From Gemmatimonadales bacterium (lineage in GTDB: Bacteria > Gemmatimonadota > Gemmatimonadetes > Gemmatimonadales > GWC2-71-9): a stretch of 64,000 nt of DNA. Position 1 is the first letter of the stretch, and each line of letters starts with the position of its first letter. The notes under the pieces are model-generated. The model was given only the letters and a program-made list of their open reading frames with translations, ran no database searches and was not told the origin of the DNA. The position numbers and the translations under genes were made by a program. Location of the stretch: NCBI GenBank assembly GCA_036559745.1, contig DATBSO010000050.1, positions 35,972 to 99,971 of the forward strand. Direction: 5' to 3'. Below, in pieces: positions 27,198-36,283 of the stretch.

Positions 27198-28592
27198 ATG
27201 TGCGGCATCATCGGCGTTTCGGGCATTCCTGACGCGGCCAGATCGGCCTACCTGGGTCTCTACGCGCTTCAGCACCGGGGCCAGGAGAGCGCGGGTATCG
27301 TCACGGTGGATCGCGAGGGCGTGGCTCGCATGCATCGAGGCATGGGCCTCGTGAGCGAGACCTTCGACGAATCGTCGTTGGCGCTGCTGCCGGGCGATCT
27401 CGCGGTCGGCCACACCCGGTACAGCACGACCGGCAGTACCGTCATCGCCAATGCCCAGCCCTGCAGCGCGAACACCCGGTGCGGGCCGCTCGCCATCGCC
27501 CACAACGGCAACCTGGTGAACGCGGCCGAGATCCGGCGCGAGCTCGTGGCGCGAGGGGCGATCTTCACCAGCTCCTCCGACACCGAAGTCCTGGTCCATC
27601 TCATCGCCCGTTCCGAGGCGGAGACGGTCGAGGGCCAGATCCGCGACGCGCTCGAGCAGGTGGACGGGGCGTACAGCCTGGTGATCTCGGTCGGCCGCAC
27701 GCTGTACGCGGTGATCGACAGCCGCGGCTTCCGCCCGCTCGTGCTGGGCCGCCTCGGCAACGGGATGGTGGTCGCGTCGGAGAGCTGCGCCCTCGATCTC
27801 CTCGGTGCAACACCGGCCTGCGAGCTGCAACCAGGCGAGTTCATCCGGATCGACGACGGCAAGGTGACCGAGCTCCCACGCCTCCGCCCGCGACCGGTTA
27901 CGCGGTGCGTCTTCGAGCTCGTTTACTTCGCTCGCCCCGACAGCACCGTCTTCGGCGAGTCGGTGGATCGGGTTCGCCGCGAGCTGGGGCGACAGCTGGC
28001 GCGCGAGCAGCCCGCCCCGCGCGGCGAGGTCGTCTTCAGCGTCCCGGACAGCTCCAACGCGATGGCGCTCGGCTTTTCCGAGGCGTCGGGAGTCAAGCTG
28101 GAGTACGGTCTCATCCGGAATCACTACGTGGGCCGCACCTTCATCAACCCGACGCAGGATCACCGGGTCGCCAAGGTGAAGATCAAGTTCAATCCGGTGC
28201 GCGACGTGATCGAGGGAAAATCGGTGGTCGTGGTGGACGACAGCCTGGTGCGGGGAAACACGAGCAAGAGCCTGGTCCAGATGATCAGAGCCGCCGGCGC
28301 CCGCGAGGTGCACCTGCGGCTCGGCTCACCGCCGATCACAGGACCATGCCTCTACGGCATCGACACGCCGACCCCTGAGGAGCTGATCGCCTCGACCCAC
28401 AGCATCGAGGAGATTCGCGAGTTTCTCTGCGTGGACTCGCTCGGATATCTGTCCCTGCCCGGCATGCTGCGAGCCGCGGGGAACGTCAATGGATACTGTC
28501 ACGCCTGTTTCTCGGGGCAGTACCCGACGCCGATTCCCGAGGACCTCGTGCAGCTGCGGCACGCCTCGCCACTCGTCGCGACACCCGTATGA
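27198..28592 (+). CDS. purF: Amidophosphoribosyltransferase
   Basis: MCGIIGV N-terminal nucleophile, LQHRGQESAGI, HTRYSTTG, and VVVVDDSLVRGNT (PRPP loop). Confidence 0.92.
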   Translation: MCGIIGVSGIPDAARSAYLGLYALQHRGQESAGIVTVDREGVARMHRGMGLVSETFDESSLALLPGDLAVGHTRYSTTGSTVIANAQPCSANTRCGPLAIAHNGNLVNAAEIRRELVARGAIFTSSSDTEVLVHLIARSEAETVEGQIRDALEQVDGAYSLVISVGRTLYAVIDSRGFRPLVLGRLGNGMVVASESCALDLLGATPACELQPGEFIRIDDGKVTELPRLRPRPVTRCVFELVYFARPDSTVFGESVDRVRRELGRQLAREQPAPRGEVVFSVPDSSNAMALGFSEASGVKLEYGLIRNHYVGRTFINPTQDHRVAKVKIKFNPVRDVIEGKSVVVVDDSLVRGNTSKSLVQMIRAAGAREVHLRLGSPPITGPCLYGIDTPTPEELIASTHSIEEIREFLCVDSLGYLSLPGMLRAAGNVNGYCHACFSGQYPTPIPEDLVQLRHASPLVATPV

Positions 28593-31255
28593 GCGGCCCC
28601 TACACCCAGCCGCTCGTCTACTCCTTCGGCGGTGGCCGAGCCGAAGGCACCGCGGCGATGAAGGACGTACTCGGCGGCAAGGGCGCGGGTCTGGCCGAGA
28701 TGACGACCCTCGGCATCCCGGTTCCTCCCGGCTTCACCATCGCCAGCAGCCTCTGTCAGACCTACCTCGAGAGCGGGCAGTTCCCCAAGCGGCTGCAATC
28801 GCAGGTCGAGAGCGCGCTCCATCGCGTCGAGGCCGCCACCGGACGCTACTTCGGCGATGGGGACAATCCGCTTCTCGTGTCCGTGCGTTCCGGCGCCGCG
28901 GTGTCGATGCCGGGGATGATGGAGACGATTCTCAACCTCGGCCTGAACGACGCCACGGTCGAAGGGTTGACGCGACAGAGCGGCAACCCCGCGTTCGCCT
29001 GGGACTCCTACCGCCGGTTCGTGCAGATGTACGCGGTCGTCGTCTTCGATCTCCCCAAGCGGCCGTTCGAGCACATCCTCGAGGAGCACCGACAGAGCTG
29101 CCAGGTCGAGCGGGAGATCGATCTGCCGGTGACCGAGATGCAGGCCATCGTCCGGCGTTTCAAGGAAGTCGTGAAGAGCGAAGGCGGACGCGAGTTCCCT
29201 ACCCATCCATCGGATCAGCTCTGGGGCGCCATCGCCGCGGTCTTCGAGAGCTGGAACACCCGCCGCGCCATCGACTACCGGAAGCTGCACGACATCCCCG
29301 ATTCCATGGGCACCGCGATCAACGTCGTGGCGATGGTGTTCGGCAACCTCGGCGAGGACTCCGGTACCGGCGTCGCCTTCAGCCGGGATCCATCGACCGG
29401 CGAGCGGGTGATGTACGGCGAGTATCTGCTCAACGCCCAGGGCGAGGACGTGGTGTCGGGCGCGAGGACGCCACTCCCGATCACCACCTTGAAGGACAGT
29501 CTCCCGGCCTCCTTCCAGGAGCTCGAGCGGGTGGCGCGCACACTCGAGCGTCACTTCCGCGATCTCCAGGACATGGAGTTCACCATCGAGCGCGGCAAGC
29601 TCTACATGCTGCAGACCCGCCGGGGACAGCGCTCGGGTCACGCCGCGGTCCGGGTGGCCTGCGAGATGGTGGACGAGGAGATGATCTCCGAGGAAGAAGC
29701 GGTCGCGCGCATCCCGCCCAACGACCTCATTCAGCTGCTGCATCCCACGATCGATTCTCAGAGCCGTCTCGACCTTCTTACCACGGGTCTCCCGGCATCT
29801 CCGGGTGCCGCGTGCGGCACCGCGGTGTTCGATGCCGACCAGGCCGAGCGGCTCGGGCGGGCGGGCCAATCGGTCATCCTCGTGCGGCGGGAAACTTCGC
29901 CCGAGGACTTCCACGGGATGGTCATGGCGAAAGCGGTGCTCACGGCCCGCGGTGGGATGACCTCGCACGCCGCGGTGGTCGCGCGCGGCATGGGCAAGCC
30001 GTGCGTCGCCGGGGCCCAGGCCCTTCAGGTCGACGAGCGTGCGGGCCGCGTGGCAGTCAACGGGCGTCACATTTCCGAGGGCGACTGGATCACGGTGGAC
30101 GGCAGCACCGGCAAGGTGTTCGCCGGCCAGGCGGCGCTCGTGAGTCCGGAGTTGAGCGGCGACTTCCTTCGCCTGATGCAGTGGGCCGATCGCATTCGCC
30201 AGCTGCGCGTGCGGGTCAACGCCGATACCCCGGCCGACGCGCATCGGGGCCGTGACTTCGGCGCGGAGGGCATTGGTCTCTGCCGCACCGAGCACATGTT
30301 CTTCGACGGCGACCGGCTGACGGCCATGCGCGAGATGATCGTGGCGCAGGACACGGAGGGTCGTCAGCGAGCCCTGTCCAAGCTCCTGCCCATGCAGCGC
30401 TCGGACTTCGAGGCGATTTTCCGAGCGATGGAGGGCTACCCGGTCACGATTCGGCTCCTTGATCCGCCGCTGCACGAGTTCCTGCCGAAGGAACCGACGG
30501 AGATCGCCGCACTCGCGAGCGAGCTCAAGATCGGCATCGACGCGCTTCAGGCCGTCATCGATCGGCTGCACGAAGTGAATCCCATGCTCGGCCTGCGCGG
30601 GTGTCGCCTGGGGATCATCTACCCCGAGATCACGACGATGCAGGTGCGCGCCATCTTCGAGGCGGCATGCACCGTTGCGGCGCGAAAGGGCCGGGTCATG
30701 CCCGAGGTCATGATCCCGCTCACCGCGAGCGTCGTGGAGTTCCGGAAACAGGCGCTGATCGTCCGGCAGGTGGCCGAGGAGGTGTTCCGCGAACGGCAGA
30801 TCACGGTTCCGTTCCTCCTCGGGACCATGATCGAGCTTCCTCGCGCCGCCCTCACCGCCGACGAGCTTGCGCGGGAAGCCCAGTTCTTTTCGTTCGGCAC
30901 CAACGACCTGACCCAGACCACCTGGGGGCTGTCGCGCGACGACGCCGGGCATTTCCTCCCGTACTACCTCGAGCACGGCGTCATCGAGAATGATCCCTTC
31001 CAGGTCCTCGATCAGGCCGGCGTTGGCAAGCTGATCCAGATGGCTTGCGAGTTGGGCCGGCGCACCCGCCCCGATCTCAAGCTCGGCATTTGCGGCGAGC
31101 ACGGCGGCGAACCCGCGGCGGTGGGATTCTGCGACCGACTCGGCGTGAACTACGTCTCCTGCTCTCCCTTCCGCGTCCCGATCGCGCGTCTCGCCGCGGC
31201 GCAGGCGGCACTCGCGACCAGGGGCACGATGGACCGGACTCGCGCCACCGTCTAA
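28589..31255 (+). CDS. ppdK: Pyruvate, phosphate dikinase
   Basis: LGGKGAGLAEM, GGMTSHAAVVARGMGKPCV (phospho-His), GLCRTEHMF, FSFGTNDLTQ. ATGA overlap with the purF stop. Confidence 0.92.
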   Translation: MSGPYTQPLVYSFGGGRAEGTAAMKDVLGGKGAGLAEMTTLGIPVPPGFTIASSLCQTYLESGQFPKRLQSQVESALHRVEAATGRYFGDGDNPLLVSVRSGAAVSMPGMMETILNLGLNDATVEGLTRQSGNPAFAWDSYRRFVQMYAVVVFDLPKRPFEHILEEHRQSCQVEREIDLPVTEMQAIVRRFKEVVKSEGGREFPTHPSDQLWGAIAAVFESWNTRRAIDYRKLHDIPDSMGTAINVVAMVFGNLGEDSGTGVAFSRDPSTGERVMYGEYLLNAQGEDVVSGARTPLPITTLKDSLPASFQELERVARTLERHFRDLQDMEFTIERGKLYMLQTRRGQRSGHAAVRVACEMVDEEMISEEEAVARIPPNDLIQLLHPTIDSQSRLDLLTTGLPASPGAACGTAVFDADQAERLGRAGQSVILVRRETSPEDFHGMVMAKAVLTARGGMTSHAAVVARGMGKPCVAGAQALQVDERAGRVAVNGRHISEGDWITVDGSTGKVFAGQAALVSPELSGDFLRLMQWADRIRQLRVRVNADTPADAHRGRDFGAEGIGLCRTEHMFFDGDRLTAMREMIVAQDTEGRQRALSKLLPMQRSDFEAIFRAMEGYPVTIRLLDPPLHEFLPKEPTEIAALASELKIGIDALQAVIDRLHEVNPMLGLRGCRLGIIYPEITTMQVRAIFEAACTVAARKGRVMPEVMIPLTASVVEFRKQALIVRQVAEEVFRERQITVPFLLGTMIELPRAALTADELAREAQFFSFGTNDLTQTTWGLSRDDAGHFLPYYLEHGVIENDPFQVLDQAGVGKLIQMACELGRRTRPDLKLGICGEHGGEPAAVGFCDRLGVNYVSCSPFRVPIARLAAAQAALATRGTMDRTRATV

Positions 31256-31270
31256 CTACGCGGAGAGGTC

Positions 31271-31765
31271 ATGACGCAACCAGTCGTCGGCATCGTGATG
31301 GGGAGCGACTCCGACTGGGAGGTGATGCAGCACGCGGCCCGGCGTCTCGCGGAGTTCGGCGTCCCTCATGAGTGTCGGGTCGTCTCCGCCCATCGCACGC
31401 CGGATCTGCTCTTCGCCTATGCCACCGACGCGGCCGGTCGCGGACTCCGCTGTCTCATCGCCGGCGCCGGGGGCGCCGCGCATCTGCCGGGCATGCTGGC
31501 TTCCAAGACCACCGTCCCGGTGCTCGGCGTGCCGGTGCCCACCCGACATCTCCAGGGACTCGACTCGCTGCTGTCCATCGTGCAGATGCCCGCCGGAGTT
31601 CCCGTGGCGACGTTCGCCATCGGATCGTCGGGCGCGCAGAACGCCGCGCTCTACGCCGTTGCCATCCTCGCCCTGTCCGACCCCGCGCTTGGTGCGCGTC
31701 TCGCCGAGTTCCGCCGCTCGCAGACCGCTCGTGTCAGCGAGCTCAAGCTCCCCTCTCCCGGATGA
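31271..31765 (+). CDS. purE: N5-carboxyaminoimidazole ribonucleotide mutase
   Basis: [45 protein letters not shown] lies upstream. Confidence 0.92.
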   Translation: MTQPVVGIVMGSDSDWEVMQHAARRLAEFGVPHECRVVSAHRTPDLLFAYATDAAGRGLRCLIAGAGGAAHLPGMLASKTTVPVLGVPVPTRHLQGLDSLLSIVQMPAGVPVATFAIGSSGAQNAALYAVAILALSDPALGARLAEFRRSQTARVSELKLPSPG

Positions 31766-32895
31766 TTCTGCCCGGCGCCACCCTCGGCGTGCTCGGGGGC
31801 GGCCAGCTCGGCCGGATGTTCACCTTGCGGGCCCGCACGATGGGCTATCGGACCTTCGTGCTCGACCCCGATCCTGACAGTCCGGCCGGACAGGTCGCCG
31901 ACCGGCACGTGCGCGCGGCCTACGACGACGAAGGGAGTCTGGACGCCTTCGGCGCGGAATGCGCCGCGATCACCACGGAGTTCGAAAACGTCCCGGCTGC
32001 GACGCTGGAGAGGCTCGCGCGATCGACGATCGTCCGGCCGAGTGCGAGCGCCGTCTCGATCGCGCAGGACCGCATCGCCGAAAAGACGTTTCTCGACCAA
32101 GCGGGCTTCGCCACTGCGCCATTCAGGGCTGTCCGCAACGCGGCCGAGCTCCGTGCCGCGGTGGCCGCCATCCGGCTGCCGGCGCTTCTCAAGACGAGCC
32201 GCCTCGGCTACGATGGCAAGGGACAGGCGACGATCCCAGACGCCACCGATGCGGAGGCGGCATTCGCGGGTATGGGCAGCGTCGCGTGCGTGCTCGAAGA
32301 GCGGCTCTCGCTCGAGCGCGAGTTGTCAGTGGTGCTCGCCAGGGGAGCCGACGGGCAGGTGGCGGCGTTTCCCGTCGGCGAGAACCGGCATCGCGACGGG
32401 ATCCTCGAGACGACGGTGGTCCCAGCGCGCGTCCCTGGCGCCCTGAGTCGCGAGGCGAGCGCGCAGGCGGTGGAGGTGGCGAACGAGCTGGACTACGTCG
32501 GCGTGCTGGGAGTGGAGCTCTTCGTGGCCAACGGCGGGAAGCTATATGTGAACGAGATCGCGCCCCGTCCACACAACAGCGGGCACTACACACTCGACGC
32601 CTGCTCCGTCGATCAATTCGAGCAGCAGGTCCGCGCGCTCTGCGGCCTTCCGCTGCACGAGCCGAGGCTGCACTCACCCGTCGCCATGATCAACCTCCTC
32701 GGCGACCTCTGGCGAGACGGACCGCCACGCTGGATGGAAGTGTTCCGCCGGCCCGGCGTCCGGCTTCATCTCTACGGGAAACTGGAGCCGCGACCAGGTC
32801 GAAAGATGGGTCACCTCAATTGTGTCGCGCGGGATCCGGACCAGGCGCTCGCGCTGGCCCTCGAGGCGCACTCCGCCCTCCGCCCCGACGCATGA
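31762..32895 (+). CDS. purK: N5-carboxyaminoimidazole ribonucleotide synthase
   Basis: Internal ATG ([19 protein letters not shown]...). Contains [30 protein letters not shown] overlap with the purE stop. Confidence 0.9.
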   Translation: MILPGATLGVLGGGQLGRMFTLRARTMGYRTFVLDPDPDSPAGQVADRHVRAAYDDEGSLDAFGAECAAITTEFENVPAATLERLARSTIVRPSASAVSIAQDRIAEKTFLDQAGFATAPFRAVRNAAELRAAVAAIRLPALLKTSRLGYDGKGQATIPDATDAEAAFAGMGSVACVLEERLSLERELSVVLARGADGQVAAFPVGENRHRDGILETTVVPARVPGALSREASAQAVEVANELDYVGVLGVELFVANGGKLYVNEIAPRPHNSGHYTLDACSVDQFEQQVRALCGLPLHEPRLHSPVAMINLLGDLWRDGPPRWMEVFRRPGVRLHLYGKLEPRPGRKMGHLNCVARDPDQALALALEAHSALRPDA

Positions 32896-32916
32896 GTCTC
32901 CCATCTAGCCACCCCG

Positions 32917-34194
32917 TCAGGCGCGCGCCGCGACCGGCGTGACGAGGCTCCGCACGCCGTCGAGAAGGCGATCGACCTCCTCCGGCGTCGTGTAGCAGGC
33001 GCAGCCCGCGCGCACCAGTCCTCCGGCCCTGAGACCCAGCCGCTCCACGACCGTCGTCGCGTAGAAATCCCCGTTTGAGACGAAGACCCCGCTTTCCGCG
33101 AGCGCCGAGGCGACGTCGTCGGAGCTCCGGCGCTCCACAGTGAATGCCACCGTCGGCGTGTGAGGCTCGGAGGGGGGCGGGCCGAACAGCCTGACCCCAC
33201 GGGTCCGGCTCAGCCCATCCCACAGCCGCTCGAGCAGCGCCTGTCCACGGTCGTGCAGCGTGGCGAAGGTCCTGACCAGACGCTCCCGCCTCGTCCCACC
33301 TGAGCTCAGCGAGGCCAGGAAGTCCACCGCGGCGCCCGCGCCCGCGATTCCCTCGTGATTGAGCGTGCCCGTCTCCATGCGCTCGGGTGCCGTGTCCGGC
33401 GCCGGCGCAAGCTTGGGCACGTCGAGCGCCTCCAGCCGCTCGCGACGGCCATAGAGAATTCCGAGGTGGGGACCGTAGAACTTGTAGGACGAGCAGGCGA
33501 GGAAGTCGCAATCGATCGTTCGCACGTCTACCGGGTGGTGCGGGGCGTAGTGAACCGCGTCCACGAACGTCAGCGCCCCTACGCGGCGCGCGAGCTGCAC
33601 CGCCCGGGTGACGTCGCTGATCGTGCCGAGCGCGTTGGACGCGGCGCCGATGGCGAGGAGCCGCGTCTTCGGTGAGAGGCTTTCCTCCAGCGCCGTCCAA
33701 TCGAGCTGCCCGGTCTCGACCAGCATCGGCACCCGTCGGATCGTGATCCCCCGCTCCCGCTCCAGCGCAGTCCATGGAGCCACGTTCGCGTGGTGGTCGA
33801 GCTCGGTGATCACGATCTCGTCCCCGGCTCCCCAGTGCCTCCCCAGGGCCCGCCCCAGGTGAAACGTCAGCGTCGTCATGTTGGCGCCGAAGACCACCTC
33901 GGCAGGGGTCGCGTTCAGGAAGTCCGCGGCCGCAGCTCTCGCCGACGCGATGATGGCATCGGTTTCCTGGCTCGATGGGTAGTGCCAGTGCGTGTTGGCG
34001 TTGTGGCGGTACAGATAGTCCGTCATCGCGTCGGCTACGGCAGTGGGTACCTGAGTCCCGCCAGGCCCGTCGAAATAGGCTACAGCGTGTCCGCCATGGC
34101 GGCGGAGGAGGGCCGGAAACTTGTCGCGAATCTCGGAGGTGGAAAGCGTCACAGAGGACCTCGGGATGGGCGGTATCAAGCCGTGAGACATCAC
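32917..34194 (-). CDS. Class-V aminotransferase-fold PLP enzyme, cysteine-desulfurase-like family
   Basis: YFDGPGGTQVP, ITELDHHANV, VDAVHYAPH, and SSYKFYGPHLG (PLP-Lys). I cannot assign a function beyond the family. Confidence 0.75.
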   Translation of the reverse strand: MMSHGLIPPIPRSSVTLSTSEIRDKFPALLRRHGGHAVAYFDGPGGTQVPTAVADAMTDYLYRHNANTHWHYPSSQETDAIIASARAAAADFLNATPAEVVFGANMTTLTFHLGRALGRHWGAGDEIVITELDHHANVAPWTALERERGITIRRVPMLVETGQLDWTALEESLSPKTRLLAIGAASNALGTISDVTRAVQLARRVGALTFVDAVHYAPHHPVDVRTIDCDFLACSSYKFYGPHLGILYGRRERLEALDVPKLAPAPDTAPERMETGTLNHEGIAGAGAAVDFLASLSSGGTRRERLVRTFATLHDRGQALLERLWDGLSRTRGVRLFGPPPSEPHTPTVAFTVERRSSDDVASALAESGVFVSNGDFYATTVVERLGLRAGGLVRAGCACYTTPEEVDRLLDGVRSLVTPVAARA

Positions 34195-34245
34195 CTGATG
34201 TGCAAGCGAGTAAGCATCAGCAGTTTATTGCTTTATAAGCCGATA

Positions 34246-34281
34246 TTGAACAAACCTTGAACAAAATTCACCGTTTGTTCA
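34246..34281. promoter_or_regulatory. Candidate operator: TTGAACAAA direct repeat (34246, 34257; equals GAAC-N7-GAAC) plus the inverted repeat TGAACAAA-N8-TTTGTTCA (34258-34281)
   Basis: Read directly in the AT-rich patch 52-87 nt upstream of the aminotransferase start. Confidence 0.35.
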
Positions 34282-34380
34282 CCCTTTCGGGGGCAGCGAA
34301 TCCGCGGGGGTAGCTTACCCCGTGATTCGACGCGACACCAGAGAACCCACCTGCCACCACGACGGAAGCGCTCGCAGGAG

Positions 34381-34423
34381 CAACAAAACACGAGCGGCGG
34401 GACTGCCGAAGCAATCCCGCCGC
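34381..34423 (-). terminator. Rho-independent terminator of ssrA
   Basis: On the minus strand: GCGGCGGGA-ttgcttcggcag-TCCCGCCGC, followed by tcgTGTTTTGTTG. It begins 7 nt after the tmRNA 3' end. Confidence 0.65.
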
Positions 34424-34429
34424 TGATGA

Positions 34430-34793
34430 TGGAGGCGCAGGGAATCGAACCCTGGTCCGAGTAAGCATCCAGAACAGCGTCTACGTGCGTAGGCCCGGCT
34501 TCTTACCGTGGCCGCGGGGTGGTGCCGAACCCACCTCCCCTTGGTCTAGCTCCGTGCTACTCTCACCGTCGGCGTCGGAGCGACGCGTCAGGCCAGTCCG
34601 GTTTTGCGATTCGACGAGCGGCGCCCCGGACGGGCTCCACCAGCCGAAGGCGCGTCAAGCGAGACTAGCTCAGCTTACGCGGCCAATGCCAGGTTAGAGT
34701 TGGCAGTTGAAGCATTCCAGATGGTTTTACCAGGATTCTGGACCTGGGCACGCTGCTATCCCTTCCACAAACCCGTCGAAGCCAGTCGCCCCC
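34430..34793 (-). ncRNA. ssrA: tmRNA (SsrA), standard one-piece form, about 364 nt
   Basis: The 5' end GGGGGCGACTGGCTTCGACGGG pairs with the 3' end ...GGTTCGATTCCCTGCGCCTCCA (7-bp acceptor stem with G3:U, T-arm present). Tag reading frame GCC AAC TCT AAC CTG GCA TTG GCC GCG TAA = ANSNLALAA (34704..34675). The 3' CCA is not encoded. Confidence 0.92.
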
Positions 34794-34804
34794 CGGGTGT
34801 CACA

Positions 34805-34834
34805 AATGTAGTCGGTCTCCCACCCCTGTTTCAA
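34805..34834 (-). promoter_or_regulatory. ssrA promoter candidate TTGAAA-N18-TACATT
   Basis: Hexamers read on the minus strand. The -10 hexamer ends about 11 nt upstream of the mature 5' end. The promoter lies in the 44-nt gap after the GGDEF gene stop. Confidence 0.45.
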
Positions 34835-34837
34835 GGC

Positions 34838-36283
34838 TCACGAGGCTCCGGCCCGCTCCACCCGGTTCCGGCCACTGTTCTTCGCGACATAAAGAGCCGC
34901 GTCTGCCTGCGCGGCCAGGTTCGCCAGGCTCTGGCTCGTCTCCGGGCAGCCCGCCACCCCGAATGACGCCGTGAGCGGCCAGGTCTTCCCCTGCCATGCC
35001 CACGACGTGGTGCTCAGTCGGATCCGTATCCGCTCGGCGATCCGCGACCCCGCGTCGAGCTCGGCCCCTGGGAGCCAGATGGCGAACTCCTCCCCGCCGA
35101 TGCGAGCAGCCGCGTCGACCGCGCGGATCTGACCCTTGATGATATCCGAGAAGTGCACCAGGGCCGCGTCGCCGGCGGGGTGACCGAGGGTGTCGTTCAG
35201 CGACTTGAAGCGATCCAGGTCGGCGTAGATGAGCGCTCCGGTCTTGCTGCCTCCCTGTCTCGCCATGACTTCATCCAACCCTCTGCGGTTGAGAAGCCCC
35301 GTGAGACGATCGGCCATGGCGCGGCTGCGCTGCTGATCGGCCTTGCGCGCACGATAGAGCCGAGGGCCGGCGCTCTCGAGCGCGGCGGTGAGCTCGGCCT
35401 CGGCGGCGCCGACCGGTGGCCTGCCGCCCGGGGGCCAGATCGCCACGGCGCCCACCGCTTCCCCGGCCGAGGTGATCTGTCGAAGCACGACGGAAATGGG
35501 ACGTTGTCGGCGGTCGGCGACGGCGGCCCCGAGCGGATCGCCCGAGAAACTCCCTTCGCCCAGGACGCCGAGCGCCACCTGGGCCAACGGACTCCCGTCC
35601 GGGAGCACGGTATCGAGGAGCCGGCGATCACCCTTCCCCGACACGCCGATGACCCGGACCCGGAGGGCCTGGTCCCGTGGATCGCGCACTGGCGTATCCG
35701 GCAGCTCGCAGGCCGCGACCACGATCTGTGCCTCGAGCGCGCGCTCCAACTGATACGCGAGGCGGAGTCCGACACTGCTCGCCGATTCGGGGGACGACTC
35801 ATCCGCTTGCGCCTGAGCCAGCTCGACGATTTGTGGGCGTCGCCTGACACCGTCGAGCAGCCGGCGCAGATCGTCTTCCGCGACGGCGAGCACGGCGGCA
35901 TCGGACACGTTCGGCATCAGCAGCCCGACCGCGGCACCTCCCGCGGCGTGGAAGACGAGGATCCCACCCTCCATCCGCTCGACCCCGCTCTGCTCCTGGT
36001 CTCGAGCACGCTCGAGCCGGCGATCCACCGCGACGATCTGCGCCACCTCGAGACGCTCCGCCTCCACGATGCGTTCGGCCCGAGGCCCCTCCTCGTGGGG
36101 GTCGAGCTCGGCCACCCACACACCCAGCGCCTGATGAGAACGCCGGAGCCATTCGAGGGCCGGATCGGGAAGAAGGTGCGGCCCAACGCCCGTCGCCATC
36201 GGCGCCGCTCCTCGCTTGCGGGCCAGCCACCGCCCGGCGGCGGCGCCCGCGATCAGGGCGAGGAGCAGCGCGAGCGCGCTCAT
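34838..36283 (-). CDS. Membrane-anchored diguanylate cyclase (GGDEF) with a degenerate N-terminal sensory region
   Basis: Internal ATG (MSALALLLALIAG...). The C-terminus reads DRLTGLLNRRG...YADLDRFKSLND..GH.AGD...RAVDAAARIGGEEFAIWL (GGEEF active site plus an RxxD I-site). ATGA overlap with the corA stop. Confidence 0.85.
   Translation of the reverse strand: MSALALLLALIAGAAAGRWLARKRGAAPMATGVGPHLLPDPALEWLRRSHQALGVWVAELDPHEEGPRAERIVEAERLEVAQIVAVDRRLERARDQEQSGVERMEGGILVFHAAGGAAVGLLMPNVSDAAVLAVAEDDLRRLLDGVRRRPQIVELAQAQADESSPESASSVGLRLAYQLERALEAQIVVAACELPDTPVRDPRDQALRVRVIGVSGKGDRRLLDTVLPDGSPLAQVALGVLGEGSFSGDPLGAAVADRRQRPISVVLRQITSAGEAVGAVAIWPPGGRPPVGAAEAELTAALESAGPRLYRARKADQQRSRAMADRLTGLLNRRGLDEVMARQGGSKTGALIYADLDRFKSLNDTLGHPAGDAALVHFSDIIKGQIRAVDAAARIGGEEFAIWLPGAELDAGSRIAERIRIRLSTTSWAWQGKTWPLTASFGVAGCPETSQSLANLAAQADAALYVAKNSGRNRVERAGAS

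Noticed and set aside
34195-34430. A genomic island or integrase next to ssrA, and mobile elements anywhere in the window.
   Set aside because: No integrase, transposase or recombinase motifs appear in any frame. There is no duplicated ssrA 3' fragment and no terminal inverted repeats. The flanking genes are ordinary housekeeping genes.
34268-34966. Short ORFs in the track at 34268..34468, 34485..34697 and 34604..34966.
   Set aside because: They fall inside or across the tmRNA gene and its terminator and promoter. The RNA-gene interpretation explains the region fully: acceptor stem, T-arm and tag ORF.
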